A DNA stretch of 64,000 nucleotides from a virus. Taxonomy: Duplodnaviria > Caudoviricetes. The notes under the pieces were generated by a model, which saw only the letters and a list, made by a program, of their open reading frames with translations, made no database searches and was not told the origin of the DNA. Below, piece by piece: positions 55,401 through 64,000 of this stretch (the first letter of the stretch is position 1; each line of letters begins with the position of its first letter). The stretch is from IMG/VR virus record IMGVR_UViG_2873571580_000001, one strand, 5' to 3'. The position numbers were made by a program, and so were the translations under genes.

Positions 55401-57910
55401 TCGATCTTGTCGAGTTCTTTCGCATACTTCAGCTCGACCTGACGAAGCGCAACGATCTTGGCGCGCTCCACCGATGTCAGCCCGGAAAGCGCCGCCTCGT
55501 CCTTGTACGCCGCGGCCATTGCATTGGCGTTCGCAAGCAGCTCGTTTGCATGCTGATTGATCTGCTTGAACTCACCTGCACGGGTCTCATTGACAACCTT
55601 CAACTGCGCATCGAGCTTGGCGTAGAGCGCCGCGATGTATGCCGGGTCGTAGCTGCTATCGCTACCGCCTTCGACCTCCGCAAGTTTGGCGCGAATCACC
55701 GCGAGGCGGTATTCCTCAACCGCAACCTTCCCCTTCCCATACATCGCGTTGGACGCAGCCAGCTCTTCGGCGTTCTGGTTCAGAGCCGCTGCAGATTTCA
55801 GCGTCTCGTCGATCAGGGCTGCATATTCGGTCTTGGATTTCTCCAAGCCTGCAATGCGTTCCTTTTCGCCAGCCACCTGCTTGTCCACGGCTGCGAGCGC
55901 CTCGGCAGCGACCAACGCATCCTCCTTGCGCGCGCGGGCAACACCAGTGATGCTGGTCTTCAATTCTTCCTTGATCTTGATGACCAGCTTCTCGCCTTCG
56001 GTCAGCTTGTCAGCTTGCGCGCCCTGAGACTCCAGTAGTGCCAGGTACTGCTTTTGCGCTTCCGTGCGCGCCTTGATCTGGGCGACTTCGTTCTCACCAA
56101 CACCAGCAGACCCCGCGCCAGACTTTTTGTCCTTGTATTTGTCCTTGATGTCGGCAATACGCTCGCGCAGACCCGCCTCGGTGAGCAGGCCCGCGTTGAT
56201 GAGCTCACGCCCCTCAACCTCGGCCTTACGCACCTCCTCGTCGCGCTTTGCGGCCTTGGACTTGAACTGATCGCCTTGCTTCTCCCACTCGAAGAATTGC
56301 TGGCTATTTTTCGCGCGCTGCGCCTCGGTTTCAGCACCGCGCTTCATCATGCGCTCTTGCTCAGACAGCAAAGCGATCTGCTGGCGCAGGTGCTCGTTAC
56401 CCTTCTCCCAGTTGCCGCGCACCAGCTCGTTCGTCGGGCCGGATTGCATGCGTTGATCCAGCGACTTGCGAGCGGTCTCCAGTTGCTCACCCACCGTGGC
56501 GGAACGGCCGACATTGAGCATGGCGTCCCAGCCAGCCTTCGCGGCGTCCTTGATCGCGCGCCAACCACGCTCGATGTACCCGAGGTTCGCAGTGATCTCG
56601 CTGGACCGGCTTGTCAGTGCGTCAGCATAGGCGCGCTGCGCGGCGGCGGCGGCTTCGGTGGTGCGCCCTTGCTCTTCGAGGCTCTTGATCTGCTTGTAGA
56701 CGCTGACGGTGAGGAAATTGGTTCCCTCGTTCAGCTTGAGCACTGCGGACAGCGGCTCATTGGCAAGCGACGCGAACTTTTCTGCCGTCTTGGTGGCGGC
56801 TGTGCCCGTGGCGCGCTCATACTCAACCGCAGCTTGCGCCGCCTCTTTCAGCACATCGTTGGTCACCTTGCCGCTTCCGGCCATCGCGGCCAGAGACTCG
56901 GCAGCCGCTGCTTGCGTGCCGACAACACCGCTGATCTCGCGCGCGTAGGACGAGAGTTGCGAGACTGTGGTGCCTGCGGCGTTGCCGGTCAGGATGATGG
57001 CATTGCGGTACTCGTCTGCTTCTTTGCTGCCAGAGTTATAAGCCATCGCGACGGCGGCAAGGGCCGCAATCGTCAGTGTCACCGGATTTGCGAGCAGCCC
57101 CAAGAACGCACCACCGAGCGCCTTGATCGCTGGCACCAGACCGCCAAACATGTCGCGCAGTTGCCCGCCCTGCTGCAACATGACAGTCATTGGCGCTTGG
57201 CCGCCTTGCAGCGACACGATGATGTCGGTTAGCTGCGCGGGCACGCCGCGCAGCGCCATGGTCGTCTCGCCTGCGGTTTTGCCGTAGGCGTTCAGGGTCT
57301 TGGTGTTCTTCGTCATCTCCGCATCGAGCTTGGCGATGCTGGCAGACGCCTGATCAGACACACCAAGATCACGCGCGCGGTCGGCGAGTTGCTGGGTATA
57401 CGACTTGCCGGACGCGGCTGCGCGTTGCTGCAGATCGGCAAGGAACTGCGTTTGCTCAGCGAGCTTTCGCTGCGCCTGGGCGGCAGCGGTCGTGCGCGCC
57501 TCTTGCTGCTCCAGCAGCGCAATCATCGGGTTCAGCGCGTCGCCCCACCCGCGAACGGCAGCGGTACTCTTGAAGTACGCCGCGTTGTACTTCCCAACAC
57601 TTGCGGAGCCGCTGTCCAACGCCACAATTTGGCGCTCCATGGATCGCTGTGCGGTGCGCGCGCCCGACTCAAGATCGACGCCGCTGCGCTTGATGGAGTC
57701 GCTGATTTTCTTCTGGGCAGCGCCGATCTTTTCGGACACCTGCCCAGCACCATCGCCCATCGACGCAATGCCCTTGGCTGCATCCTGCCCAGACTTGGCG
57801 ACGTCTTGCGCCATGTCCTTCACATCGCGCTTGATCTGCTCGAGACCTGTTTTGACCTCGGAGCCATCCACGCCAAACGCTAGTTGTGCTTTTCGTTCTT
57901 CGTTTGCCAT
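52409..57910 (-). CDS. Tape measure protein
   Basis: 1833 aa, Ala-rich helical; QLTDIIVSLQGGQAPMTVMLQQGGQLRDMFGG motif. Confidence 0.95.
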   Translation of the reverse strand: MANEERKAQLAFGVDGSEVKTGLEQIKRDVKDMAQDVAKSGQDAAKGIASMGDGAGQVSEKIGAAQKKISDSIKRSGVDLESGARTAQRSMERQIVALDSGSASVGKYNAAYFKSTAAVRGWGDALNPMIALLEQQEARTTAAAQAQRKLAEQTQFLADLQQRAAASGKSYTQQLADRARDLGVSDQASASIAKLDAEMTKNTKTLNAYGKTAGETTMALRGVPAQLTDIIVSLQGGQAPMTVMLQQGGQLRDMFGGLVPAIKALGGAFLGLLANPVTLTIAALAAVAMAYNSGSKEADEYRNAIILTGNAAGTTVSQLSSYAREISGVVGTQAAAAESLAAMAGSGKVTNDVLKEAAQAAVEYERATGTAATKTAEKFASLANEPLSAVLKLNEGTNFLTVSVYKQIKSLEEQGRTTEAAAAAQRAYADALTSRSSEITANLGYIERGWRAIKDAAKAGWDAMLNVGRSATVGEQLETARKSLDQRMQSGPTNELVRGNWEKGNEHLRQQIALLSEQERMMKRGAETEAQRAKNSQQFFEWEKQGDQFKSKAAKRDEEVRKAEVEGRELINAGLLTEAGLRERIADIKDKYKDKKSGAGSAGVGENEVAQIKARTEAQKQYLALLESQGAQADKLTEGEKLVIKIKEELKTSITGVARARKEDALVAAEALAAVDKQVAGEKERIAGLEKSKTEYAALIDETLKSAAALNQNAEELAASNAMYGKGKVAVEEYRLAVIRAKLAEVEGGSDSSYDPAYIAALYAKLDAQLKVVNETRAGEFKQINQHANELLANANAMAAAYKDEAALSGLTSVERAKIVALRQVELKYAKELDKIDQMEPGVGRDTARATVEQAKRIEGEAAVSKAIQDDWTKTTDQINQSLTDALLRGFESGKSMAENFRDTLKNMFNTLVLKPIISAVMAPISGLINTVVQGAMGAIGLGGGGSSGLGGLSNLASLGSSIYSMFTGSGGIMGTVLTGIKGLLGIGGGAAASGAYSGAATAVTGMIPSSGGASAGAFSGMSAAWPLAVIAGMFMSNKLYGQGINQFGRQGAGQALGIGNQIETSILGKIVGDKWANILTGAPVMTYTFNKMFGRTLKDAGVEGTVGGETGFEGRKFEYYKGGWFRSNKTKYSELDEETRSGLADMFGGVKDGVADMAESIGLSADSLDSFSSKLKISMMGLTDSEINTKVAEEFKRIADEMAAMVLASDEYTQGEETRSETLARLSTRMVAVNHWLDVMKDNLLEVSVVGADMASSLVDQFGGDDAFASSIQSFIGNYLSQVEQLDLVNKQVSESLKAIGVDSIPKTREELKALLNAQDLTTESGRKTYAALMGISDVLNTIYNAADQLATLNLDLDIELLKAQGKDTEALALEREKRIKELLPYGDAIIDKQRKIWEEQDKRAAEEAKKAAEAAAAEATRKAKEDAQNKAMRNLEQATAREVDRLNDQKAALTEQRSLANESLSLITGVFDLVRQNARDLYGTVESAAEMQALQGRLFIEQALGAAQSTGYLPEQEKLSEAISAARSGIDAGAYRSQVEKDYDTLLLAGKLSALQSISGEQKTTAELQLEALDQQITSIDKQTKYLQDQLSNIKELVAISKGEYDATISVEQAVRDIYKLYDLKTSTPTTGTTTKPGTTGPTVGNGAVAGDPVKSGPTGSGGWYREVVTGAGTTYVVDNSEELTSLDKWIDKWRGTGDVAGMLNDGKAQGYSMNDIAAVMGWGYQDLIDAGKRLGIPQFAVGTNYVPNDMLAMVHKGEAIIPAADNRALMAALQNGGSGSDGELLKEVRALREDNRAQAGEIVRLNLRIAKIVERWEGGGLPPQREEQPA

Positions 57911-57958
57911 GCGGACCCCAGAAATGCAAAAGGCCCGCCGAAGCGAGCCCTAGAAATG

Positions 57959-57980
57959 AAAAAACCACCCGAAGGTGGTT
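57959..57980 (-). terminator. Rho-independent terminator after lipoprotein moron
   Basis: AACCACC-TTCG-GGTGGTT plus T tract on minus strand. Confidence 0.7.
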
Positions 57981-58001
57981 GTTTGGTTGGGTGTTAGATC
58001 G

Positions 58002-58418
58002 TCATTTCCACTCGCCTTCGAGTTTCTTGATGTCCACACCGCCGTTATCCGTGATCTTCACCGCAACACCGGAGAGACTGGGGGCAGCGAATGCAAAGGC
58101 CGCAGCCCGGTACTTCACCTTGACTTTGACGACCGCATCAGCGCCGACTTGTCGGGCCTTTGCAGCGAGTGAGGCGTAGACACGAGTGGTGTCGCCGTGC
58201 ACGGCCTGATTTGCGCGAAGCTCGCCCAGCACCTCGAATTTGACTTCTGCGGGCAGGTCGCCCTTCGTCATCAGAATCAGCTGACTCTCGGGGGTCCACT
58301 GCTCGCGCGGGAGCGGCCTCAACAACTCAATGTTCTCGCCCGCGTAGGTGGTCGTTTTCGACCCGGCGCAACCGGCCAGCGCAGCCGCAGCAAAGATGAC
58401 CAACAAAGCAATTCGCAT
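58002..58418 (-). CDS. Moron lipoprotein (YbjQ-like fold suspected)
   Basis: Lipobox LAGC; LAAKARQVGADAVVKV. Confidence 0.7.
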   Translation of the reverse strand: MRIALLVIFAAAALAGCAGSKTTTYAGENIELLRPLPREQWTPESQLILMTKGDLPAEVKFEVLGELRANQAVHGDTTRVYASLAAKARQVGADAVVKVKVKYRAAAFAFAAPSLSGVAVKITDNGGVDIKKLEGEWK

Positions 58419-58453
58419 GTGCCCTCCAAAGAAAGCAGGAATGCTACCAAATG

Positions 58454-58800
58454 TCACTCTTTGCGCGCCTGCTTCGCCCTTGTCTCGCGCTCTTCATTCA
58501 TGACCGCCAGCGCCTCAGATTCCATCTCGACCACGTCGTCTTCGAGCTGCCGCGCATCGTCATCTGAGAGATTCAGCCGCTGCACACGGGCGAACAAGAC
58601 GTTGTGATCGATTCCGAAGGCCACGCCATCGCTGACCCGCCACTGACGGCGCAATGCGAAAAAGAGCTGGAAGGCTTGCTCGTTCTCTGGCCAAACCTCT
58701 ACACCCTCGTCTGCATAGTCCGTGCGCTTGAAACCGAAAGCCGCCAGCTTAGAGTCCGATGGTTCGGACTCGTAGAGCGCGCGTGCGGCCTCTCTCAGTT
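58454..58800 (-). CDS. Tail assembly chaperone GT extension (reached by -1 frameshift)
   Basis: Open -1 frame KLREAARALY...VWPENEQAFQLF...RQWR...GIDH. Confidence 0.75.
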
Positions 58801-59190
58801 TCCCAAGCGGCCATCGGCCACCGCAGCGCGGTAGGTCTCCATGATCGCAGCCACAGCACCCGGCAGTTCATTAGCCAGTTGCTCGGCGCTTTCTTGGTTC
58901 AGTTCGGCATCCACATCCCAGCCCTTGAGGATGTCCAGCAAATAGATCGCGTTCTTTTCGACCGCGCGGCCCAGCAGATCGCCAAGCGTTACTGTGGTGT
59001 CGGCTTCTTCGCCAATCTGATCGGCTTCTGCCTTTGCGGTCTTCGTGATCGAGTCGATGAACTCGCCGAACTCCTTCTTTGTGCGGTACTTGAAGTCGCA
59101 CATGATCGCGCCTTCTGTGCCGTCCAGCATCGCGAACTTAACCTTGCGCTTGAAGGATTCGGGGCGCTTGCCGAGGATGATCTTTGCCAT
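58795..59190 (-). CDS. Tail assembly chaperone G
   Basis: Follows tail tube; ends in slippery GGGAAAC. Confidence 0.85.
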   Translation of the reverse strand: MAKIILGKRPESFKRKVKFAMLDGTEGAIMCDFKYRTKKEFGEFIDSITKTAKAEADQIGEEADTTVTLGDLLGRAVEKNAIYLLDILKGWDVDAELNQESAEQLANELPGAVAAIMETYRAAVADGRLGN

Positions 59191-59305
59191 GATTTATTGC
59201 TTTCGAAAGAGAAAAGACCCTTCCCGCATACGTTCGGGAGGGCATGAAAAAGCCCGCCGAGATTGCTCAGGGCGGGCGGTGGCAACCGCTTGCGCGGAAG
59301 GTTGA

Positions 59306-59947
59306 TCAGTAGCGGACGGGGCGACCTTGCAGCGAGAACGTGGCCGTCACCTGCATCACTTGGCCCTTGGTCAGAGTCGGGGTCTCGTTGAACGACACGT
59401 AGCCGTTGTAGAGAATTGCCGAGCCGTCTGGCAGGTTCACGCGCAGCGCGCGGATCTCGCGTTTTTCGCCGGCCACCTTGAGAGCTTGGTAGCCCGGCAG
59501 CGATGGGTCATCGCCGATGCCGATGGTGATGGACTGCGCGCTGGTGGTGGTGGGCAGTTGGCGGTCGAAGTCATCTTCGAGGAACGAGCCTGTCCAGAAC
59601 TGTTGATCGCCGCCCTGCGTTTCCACGCTCAGGATCTGGGGAATCTGAGTCCATGCAGTAATTTCGCGCAGCGAGCCGCCCGAGGAACCCGCAGGAAAGC
59701 GGTTCGTATCGGTGGTGTCGGAGCCAGCGATCTCGATGGTGTTGGCAGCGATATTCGCGGCCTTCCAGATGCGTTCGCTGATCTTCTGCCATGCGGTTTT
59801 CAGCTCGAAGAACGAGCCGTTGGCGATTGCGTGGGCTGCGCTGGTGAGCACGCCGGGAGCGCCGTTGGTGATGCTGGAGACTGGCTTGGCGGTGCCGTAG
59901 CCAGTAGCGATTTGGATGGTCGCGCCATCAGGGAGACGAATAGCCAT
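59306..59947 (-). CDS. Major tail tube protein
   Basis: MAIRLPDGATIQI...WTQIPQI....GGDQQF...FLEDD. Confidence 0.85.
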   Translation of the reverse strand: MAIRLPDGATIQIATGYGTAKPVSSITNGAPGVLTSAAHAIANGSFFELKTAWQKISERIWKAANIAANTIEIAGSDTTDTNRFPAGSSGGSLREITAWTQIPQILSVETQGGDQQFWTGSFLEDDFDRQLPTTTSAQSITIGIGDDPSLPGYQALKVAGEKREIRALRVNLPDGSAILYNGYVSFNETPTLTKGQVMQVTATFSLQGRPVRY

Positions 59948-60035
59948 GTTGGGCCTTTCACAAACAAAAAAGCCCGCAACAGCGGGCATGGGGTGGATGC
60001 CCTCGCGGGCGGTGTTGGCCGAAAGGCCTAACTAG

Positions 60036-60392
60036 TCAGGAGCGGTTGCCCCAAATGGAAAATGTCTGCATCGCACCATTGCGGGCGTCTGCGTCGTCGA
60101 ATGCGTCATTGACCTCACTCACAGGCGTAACCTGCAACGCGGCGGAAGCACACAGCGCGGCTTCGATCTGCGCCAGCAGCGCATACGCATCCATGCCTGT
60201 GTCGTGCCAGACCGTGATCTGCACCAGCGCGTTGCGCTTGCTGCCGAGCGATCCTTCGAGGAACTGCACCGATTGGCCGCCGCCACGCTCCCAGATCACA
60301 TAGGGCGTCTGGGTCGTGTACGGAGCGGTGTTCAGATGCACGCGCGGGCACTTCGTCTTGAGCAGTACGATGAGGTCGGTTTCAAGGCTCAT
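60036..60392 (-). CDS. Tail terminator (DUF3168-like)
   Basis: APYTTQTPYVIW...VQITVW. Confidence 0.8.
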   Translation of the reverse strand: MSLETDLIVLLKTKCPRVHLNTAPYTTQTPYVIWERGGGQSVQFLEGSLGSKRNALVQITVWHDTGMDAYALLAQIEAALCASAALQVTPVSEVNDAFDDADARNGAMQTFSIWGNRS

Positions 60393-60949
60393 GACGCCCT
60401 CGCCAAAACACGTTGCAGCAGTTCGTTCTCGGCGGCGCGGTACGCAGCGTCGAAGGCCGTAGCTGCATTGCGCACAAAGAACTTTCCGGGCACATGCACA
60501 GGCGTGTCGAGCATCACATAGTAGGCGGCCTTCTGCGCCGCGCTCGCTCGTCTACCGGGCTTTGGCTTGCCCTCCATGCCGGGACGCACCATGGGCCGGA
60601 TCTGGCCGTCGTTGCCCTTGTAGTAGCGGTAGCGTCGCAGGTAGCCGTACTCAACGAGGTGCCCATGCGGCGCTTTCTTGCGGTTCCACGACACTTGGTA
60701 CTCAGCGTTGCGCCCCTCTTCCGAGTTCGTCTTGCTGTACACCTGATAGATGGACGACGCCAGATTGCCGGACTTCTTCCCGATCTGCGCGACGTTTGCT
60801 TGCACACGCTCATAGAGCACCTGCACGCCAGCCTGCGCAGCCGGTCGAATCGCCTTTTCCGCCTCATCCCCGAGTTGGTCAAGGTATGCCGCGAGGCCCG
60901 ATGTGTCGATCTCAGCCGTGAAAGTGCGAGCACCTGTGAGCTTTGCCAT
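60389..60949 (-). CDS. HK97 gp10-like neck protein
   Basis: SGNLASSI, HGHLVEYG, VPGKFFVRNA. Confidence 0.85.
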   Translation of the reverse strand: MAKLTGARTFTAEIDTSGLAAYLDQLGDEAEKAIRPAAQAGVQVLYERVQANVAQIGKKSGNLASSIYQVYSKTNSEEGRNAEYQVSWNRKKAPHGHLVEYGYLRRYRYYKGNDGQIRPMVRPGMEGKPKPGRRASAAQKAAYYVMLDTPVHVPGKFFVRNAATAFDAAYRAAENELLQRVLARAS

Positions 60950-61275
60950 CACATCACCTCTTCGCAAACGAGATCGATAAACACGCGCTTGCCGTCCACC
61001 GCCAGCGGTCCAGCCTTGACGTTGTAGATCCGCTCGCCGTGCACCACCCGCATACCGGGTTTCACGTCATTCCGAAACCGGATGCGAATCGACGTGCGCA
61101 CGATGGACACTTGCGCGTCGGCTTTGATGGCGGAGAGGCCCGAAGGCTGGCGGATGTCGGCCCATGGTGAGCAAACATCGACCCACTGGTCTTTGATCGG
61201 CTCGCCCCATTCGCTCTCGCCATCGCCAAGCTTCTGGATCGTGACTTTGTGGCGGAGTTGTCCGGCTGTGGTCAT
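60949..61275 (-). CDS. Head closure protein (SPP1 gp16-like)
   Basis: GQLRHKVTIQ...WGEP...IRIRFRNDV..GMRV. Confidence 0.9.
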   Translation of the reverse strand: MTTAGQLRHKVTIQKLGDGESEWGEPIKDQWVDVCSPWADIRQPSGLSAIKADAQVSIVRTSIRIRFRNDVKPGMRVVHGERIYNVKAGPLAVDGKRVFIDLVCEEVM

Positions 61276-61277
61276 GG

Positions 61278-61619
61278 TCAGAATCCGTTCACGATGCGAT
61301 GCGGACGGAGCAGAGAGCGAGCGCCGAAAGGCAACTGCGCCACAGTCTGCCCCGCCACCACGTCTTCACGATTGGCGTAGAGGTGGCCGAGCGTCAGCAA
61401 GATAGCGGCCTTGATTGCGTAGTTGACGACGAGCGGGTTAGCGCCCGCCCCCCCTACAGTCGCAGCGTCTTCCAGCACGTCCTGATCCGCGAACACCTGA
61501 CGATTCAGATAGTCCATCGCGGACTGTTCTGCGGCCAGTGCGTACAGCGTGATCAGGTTGTCCTCTGGGCCAGCCTCCACACGCAAATGCGCAATGGCCT
61601 CGTCAAGTGTCACGAGCAT
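61278..61619 (-). CDS. Head-tail connector (HK97 gp6-like)
   Basis: LVTLDEAIAHLRV...AILLTLGHLYANRE. Confidence 0.9.
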   Translation of the reverse strand: MLVTLDEAIAHLRVEAGPEDNLITLYALAAEQSAMDYLNRQVFADQDVLEDAATVGGAGANPLVVNYAIKAAILLTLGHLYANREDVVAGQTVAQLPFGARSLLRPHRIVNGF

Positions 61620-61621
61620 GG

Positions 61622-61780
61622 TCAGGCTTTCGGCTTGGTCTGTTTGTCGGCCTTGCCTTCCAGCACTTCGAGTTCGCGCGCGGCGTCCTCAAGCTCTGGT
61701 GGGCATTCATCACCGGGCTGGTACTCGACGGGGTAGATTTCCCCGTCAGGCACGCCCTTGAAGGTCTTTGCGAACTTCAT
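61622..61780 (-). CDS. 52-aa post-capsid protein (not in ORF track)
   Basis: AAGGAG SD; MKFAKTFKGVPDGEIYPVEY.PGDECPPEL. Confidence 0.7.
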   Translation of the reverse strand: MKFAKTFKGVPDGEIYPVEYQPGDECPPELEDAARELEVLEGKADKQTKPKA

Positions 61781-61791
61781 GGGCGATCTCC

Positions 61792-62970
61792 TTAGGCTGC
61801 GGCGACCTTGAGGGCGCGCATCGGTTCGGGGTTGTGCACACCGCCGCCTACGCGCTTGGTCGTGTAGAACAGTACATAGGGCTTGGCCGTGAACGGATCG
61901 CGCAACACACGAACGCCTGTGCGGTCGAACACGGTGTAGGTGCGCTTGAAGTCACCGAACAGGATCGGCACTGCATTCGCGGCCACATCAGGCATGTCCG
62001 GCACTTCCGTCGCGACAAACCCGGCAACGGTGCTTGGCTCCCCAGCCACATATGTGGGCTGCCAGAGGTAGTTGCCTTGGCCATCCTTGAGCTTGCGGAT
62101 CACACCCAGCGTCTTGCGGTTCATCGTGAAGCGCGCGCCGCCAGTGAAGGCGCTCGGCAGGTCATAAACCAGATCGAGAATGCCATCAGCAGTGATTGCA
62201 GCGGCCGCGCCAGAATTCACCGTCTTGATTGCGCCAAAGGGGTGCTTCGCTGCGTTCGCGCCACCAGTGACATAGGTCAGGATGCCGAATGGCTTGTTGG
62301 TGCCGTTACCAGACCAGAAACCAACGCCTTCTTGCTTGGAAAACTCGGTATCGACCTCATTCGCAAGCCACGACTCCAGATTGATCGCGGAGTCATCCAG
62401 CATCTGCTGTGTGGCCGCTGGGTTGGCGTAGATTTCTCCCCATCCGAAGCCCAGCGACGCAAACGTGCTGGTGTTCGTTTGTGGGCGGTCGTCGGTTTCG
62501 CCAACCCACCCAGACGATGTGCCGCCCTTGTTGAACAGTTTTGTATGTCCCGCACCGGAAACGGTTTGCACATTCGCCAATGCACGCATTGGCGACACAA
62601 GCACCAGCTTGTCGGTGATGGTGCGATCCCATTCGACCGGGGCGAGATAGCCGCCTTCGTCAGCTGCGCCCTTGTTCAGCGCGGACTGGATGTCGCCCTT
62701 CTTGAAGTGAGCGCGGAAGGCTTCGCTATATTCCTTGTCCTTCGGGCCAGCACCGCCGCCAGCACTCATTTGGGCAGCTGCGATCTTGGTGTGAGCATCT
62801 TCGATTTCCTTGGTGTGCTGATCCATTGCGGCATTCAGCTTGTCCAGCTTCGCTTGCAAATCAGCAGTGCCTGCGCCGTCCTTGAGCGCCTTCACTTCGG
62901 CGGCGTGGGTGGCCTTAAATTCCTCGAACGCTTGGCCGAGGGCTTCGATGGTCTTGGTTACGTCAGTCAT
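61792..62970 (-). CDS. Major capsid protein, HK97 family
   Basis: EGGYLAPVE, QQMLDDSAINLE, GNGTNKPFGIL, FGDF, KRVGG. Confidence 0.95.
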   Translation of the reverse strand: MTDVTKTIEALGQAFEEFKATHAAEVKALKDGAGTADLQAKLDKLNAAMDQHTKEIEDAHTKIAAAQMSAGGGAGPKDKEYSEAFRAHFKKGDIQSALNKGAADEGGYLAPVEWDRTITDKLVLVSPMRALANVQTVSGAGHTKLFNKGGTSSGWVGETDDRPQTNTSTFASLGFGWGEIYANPAATQQMLDDSAINLESWLANEVDTEFSKQEGVGFWSGNGTNKPFGILTYVTGGANAAKHPFGAIKTVNSGAAAAITADGILDLVYDLPSAFTGGARFTMNRKTLGVIRKLKDGQGNYLWQPTYVAGEPSTVAGFVATEVPDMPDVAANAVPILFGDFKRTYTVFDRTGVRVLRDPFTAKPYVLFYTTKRVGGGVHNPEPMRALKVAAA

Positions 62971-63815
62971 TGTTTGCCTTTCATGGCGGAGATGAGGTTT
63001 TGCAGCGATGTCGCTGCGACTTGGTTTGCTGCCGAATCGCTCAGGCCGCCATTGCCGACCGAATCACTCAGGCCGGACTTGAAATCAGAGAGAAGGGTTT
63101 GTGCATCAGTGCGGGACATGCCGCTCGCACGCAAAGCTGCTTCCATTCGTCGCACTGCAGCAGCCTTTGTCTTGGTGTCGGACTCGCCGATCTCGGAGTC
63201 ATCCATCAGCGCGTCAGCCCAGCCCTTTTCGACTGCCGCAGACCCGCCAATCCATGTCTCTTTGTCCATCATGGACGCGATTTCTTTGGGGTCTACGCCG
63301 GTTCGTGCGTGGTAGACATCAGCCATTGCCGCATCAAACGGAGCCATTTGCTCGGCGGCTGCAGCCATGTCGTAGCGGTTTCCTACACAGACTGACCAGC
63401 AGTTGTGGATCATCAGGAACGAAGGTCGCCCGATGCGGATTTCGTCAGCTGCCATCGTGATGATCGAGGCTGCGGAGGCTGCAATCCCGAGAACATTTAC
63501 TGTCACCTTGCCCTTGTGCTCGCGCAACTGGTTGTAGATGGCGATGCCCTCGAACATATCGCCGCCAGGACTGTTGATGTTGACCACCACGTCCTTGTCA
63601 GAGCCAATCGCCCGCAGCGCTCCGGCGATACGCTTAGAGGTCACACCCTCGCCGCTCCACCAGTCTTGTCCGATCACATCAAGGATGCTGATGGTGTTAT
63701 CCGACTCGCTGGCAGCAGCTTGGACTGGCGACCATTTGGCAAGCGCACTGGGAGCAATGAACGAACGAAGTCCGCCAAAGCTCGCTTTCAGTTCAGGTAG
63801 TTGTTTGAGGCTCAT
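62967..63815 (-). CDS. ClpP-like prohead protease
   Basis: VNINSPGGD, GIAASAASII, LMIHN, ETWI. Confidence 0.95.
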   Translation of the reverse strand: MSLKQLPELKASFGGLRSFIAPSALAKWSPVQAAASESDNTISILDVIGQDWWSGEGVTSKRIAGALRAIGSDKDVVVNINSPGGDMFEGIAIYNQLREHKGKVTVNVLGIAASAASIITMAADEIRIGRPSFLMIHNCWSVCVGNRYDMAAAAEQMAPFDAAMADVYHARTGVDPKEIASMMDKETWIGGSAAVEKGWADALMDDSEIGESDTKTKAAAVRRMEAALRASGMSRTDAQTLLSDFKSGLSDSVGNGGLSDSAANQVAATSLQNLISAMKGKQ

Positions 63816-64000
63816 TCGTTGCCTTTCGTTGGCTCATTGGTTCGGCCACTTGCGCATGCTTCGGGTCGCCAGATTCAGGCAACTCCGAGAGATCACGCAC
63901 TTCATCCACACCCATCCAAGGCTGATGCCCGCCAGCGCCGAGCGCCTTGGCGAAGAACTCAGCCTGATCCTTGAGAGTGCCGCGCATCAGGGCGCGTTCG
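63793..64000 (-). CDS. Portal protein, HK97 family, 3' end
   Basis: LMRGTLKDQAEFFAKALG...VDEVR. Confidence 0.85.
   Translation of the reverse strand, partial: ERALMRGTLKDQAEFFAKALGAGGHQPWMGVDEVRDLSELPESGDPKHAQVAEPMSQRKATNEPQTTT

Larger units (their letters stand above)
41153..64000 (-). mobile_element. Prophage 2, HK97-type siphovirus with cargo block 41261-47400; continues beyond the window
   Basis: portal-ClpP-capsid-neck-tail-TMP-fibre-lysis order. Confidence 0.9.

Noticed and set aside
1-64000. CRISPR array or rRNA
   Set aside because: No regularly spaced repeats with unique spacers and no rRNA-like sequence

Overview
GC-rich betaproteobacterial (Comamonadaceae-like) sequence made almost entirely of two adjacent prophages that meet at a tRNA-3'-end att core (41127-41152). 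Prophage 1 (343-41126) is a podovirus-type element with a P22-like portal, N4-gp56-type capsid, PBSX-type TerL, SAR endolysin/spanins, DnaB and integrase. It is damaged by two copies of one IS3: one truncates an ejection-protein gene, the other replaces the immunity region and itself carries a nested IS5. Prophage 2 (41153 to beyond 64000) is an HK97-type siphovirus with a cargo block between its lysis genes and att. Most notable unexplained structure: (i) an 8-copy late-promoter/operator motif, four copies of which sit at leaderless-mRNA distance from the ATG; (ii) a CsrA-like 64-aa protein directly upstream of the capsid gene plus an identical 21-nt GGA-hairpin/anti-SD switch in two late leaders; (iii) an array of microproteins with three paralogues and a duplicated structured leader; (iv) two IPTL-CTERM surface-protein morons with a shared 594-bp 3' repeat flanking the terminase genes. 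All family assignments are by eye from motifs; no database search was run.
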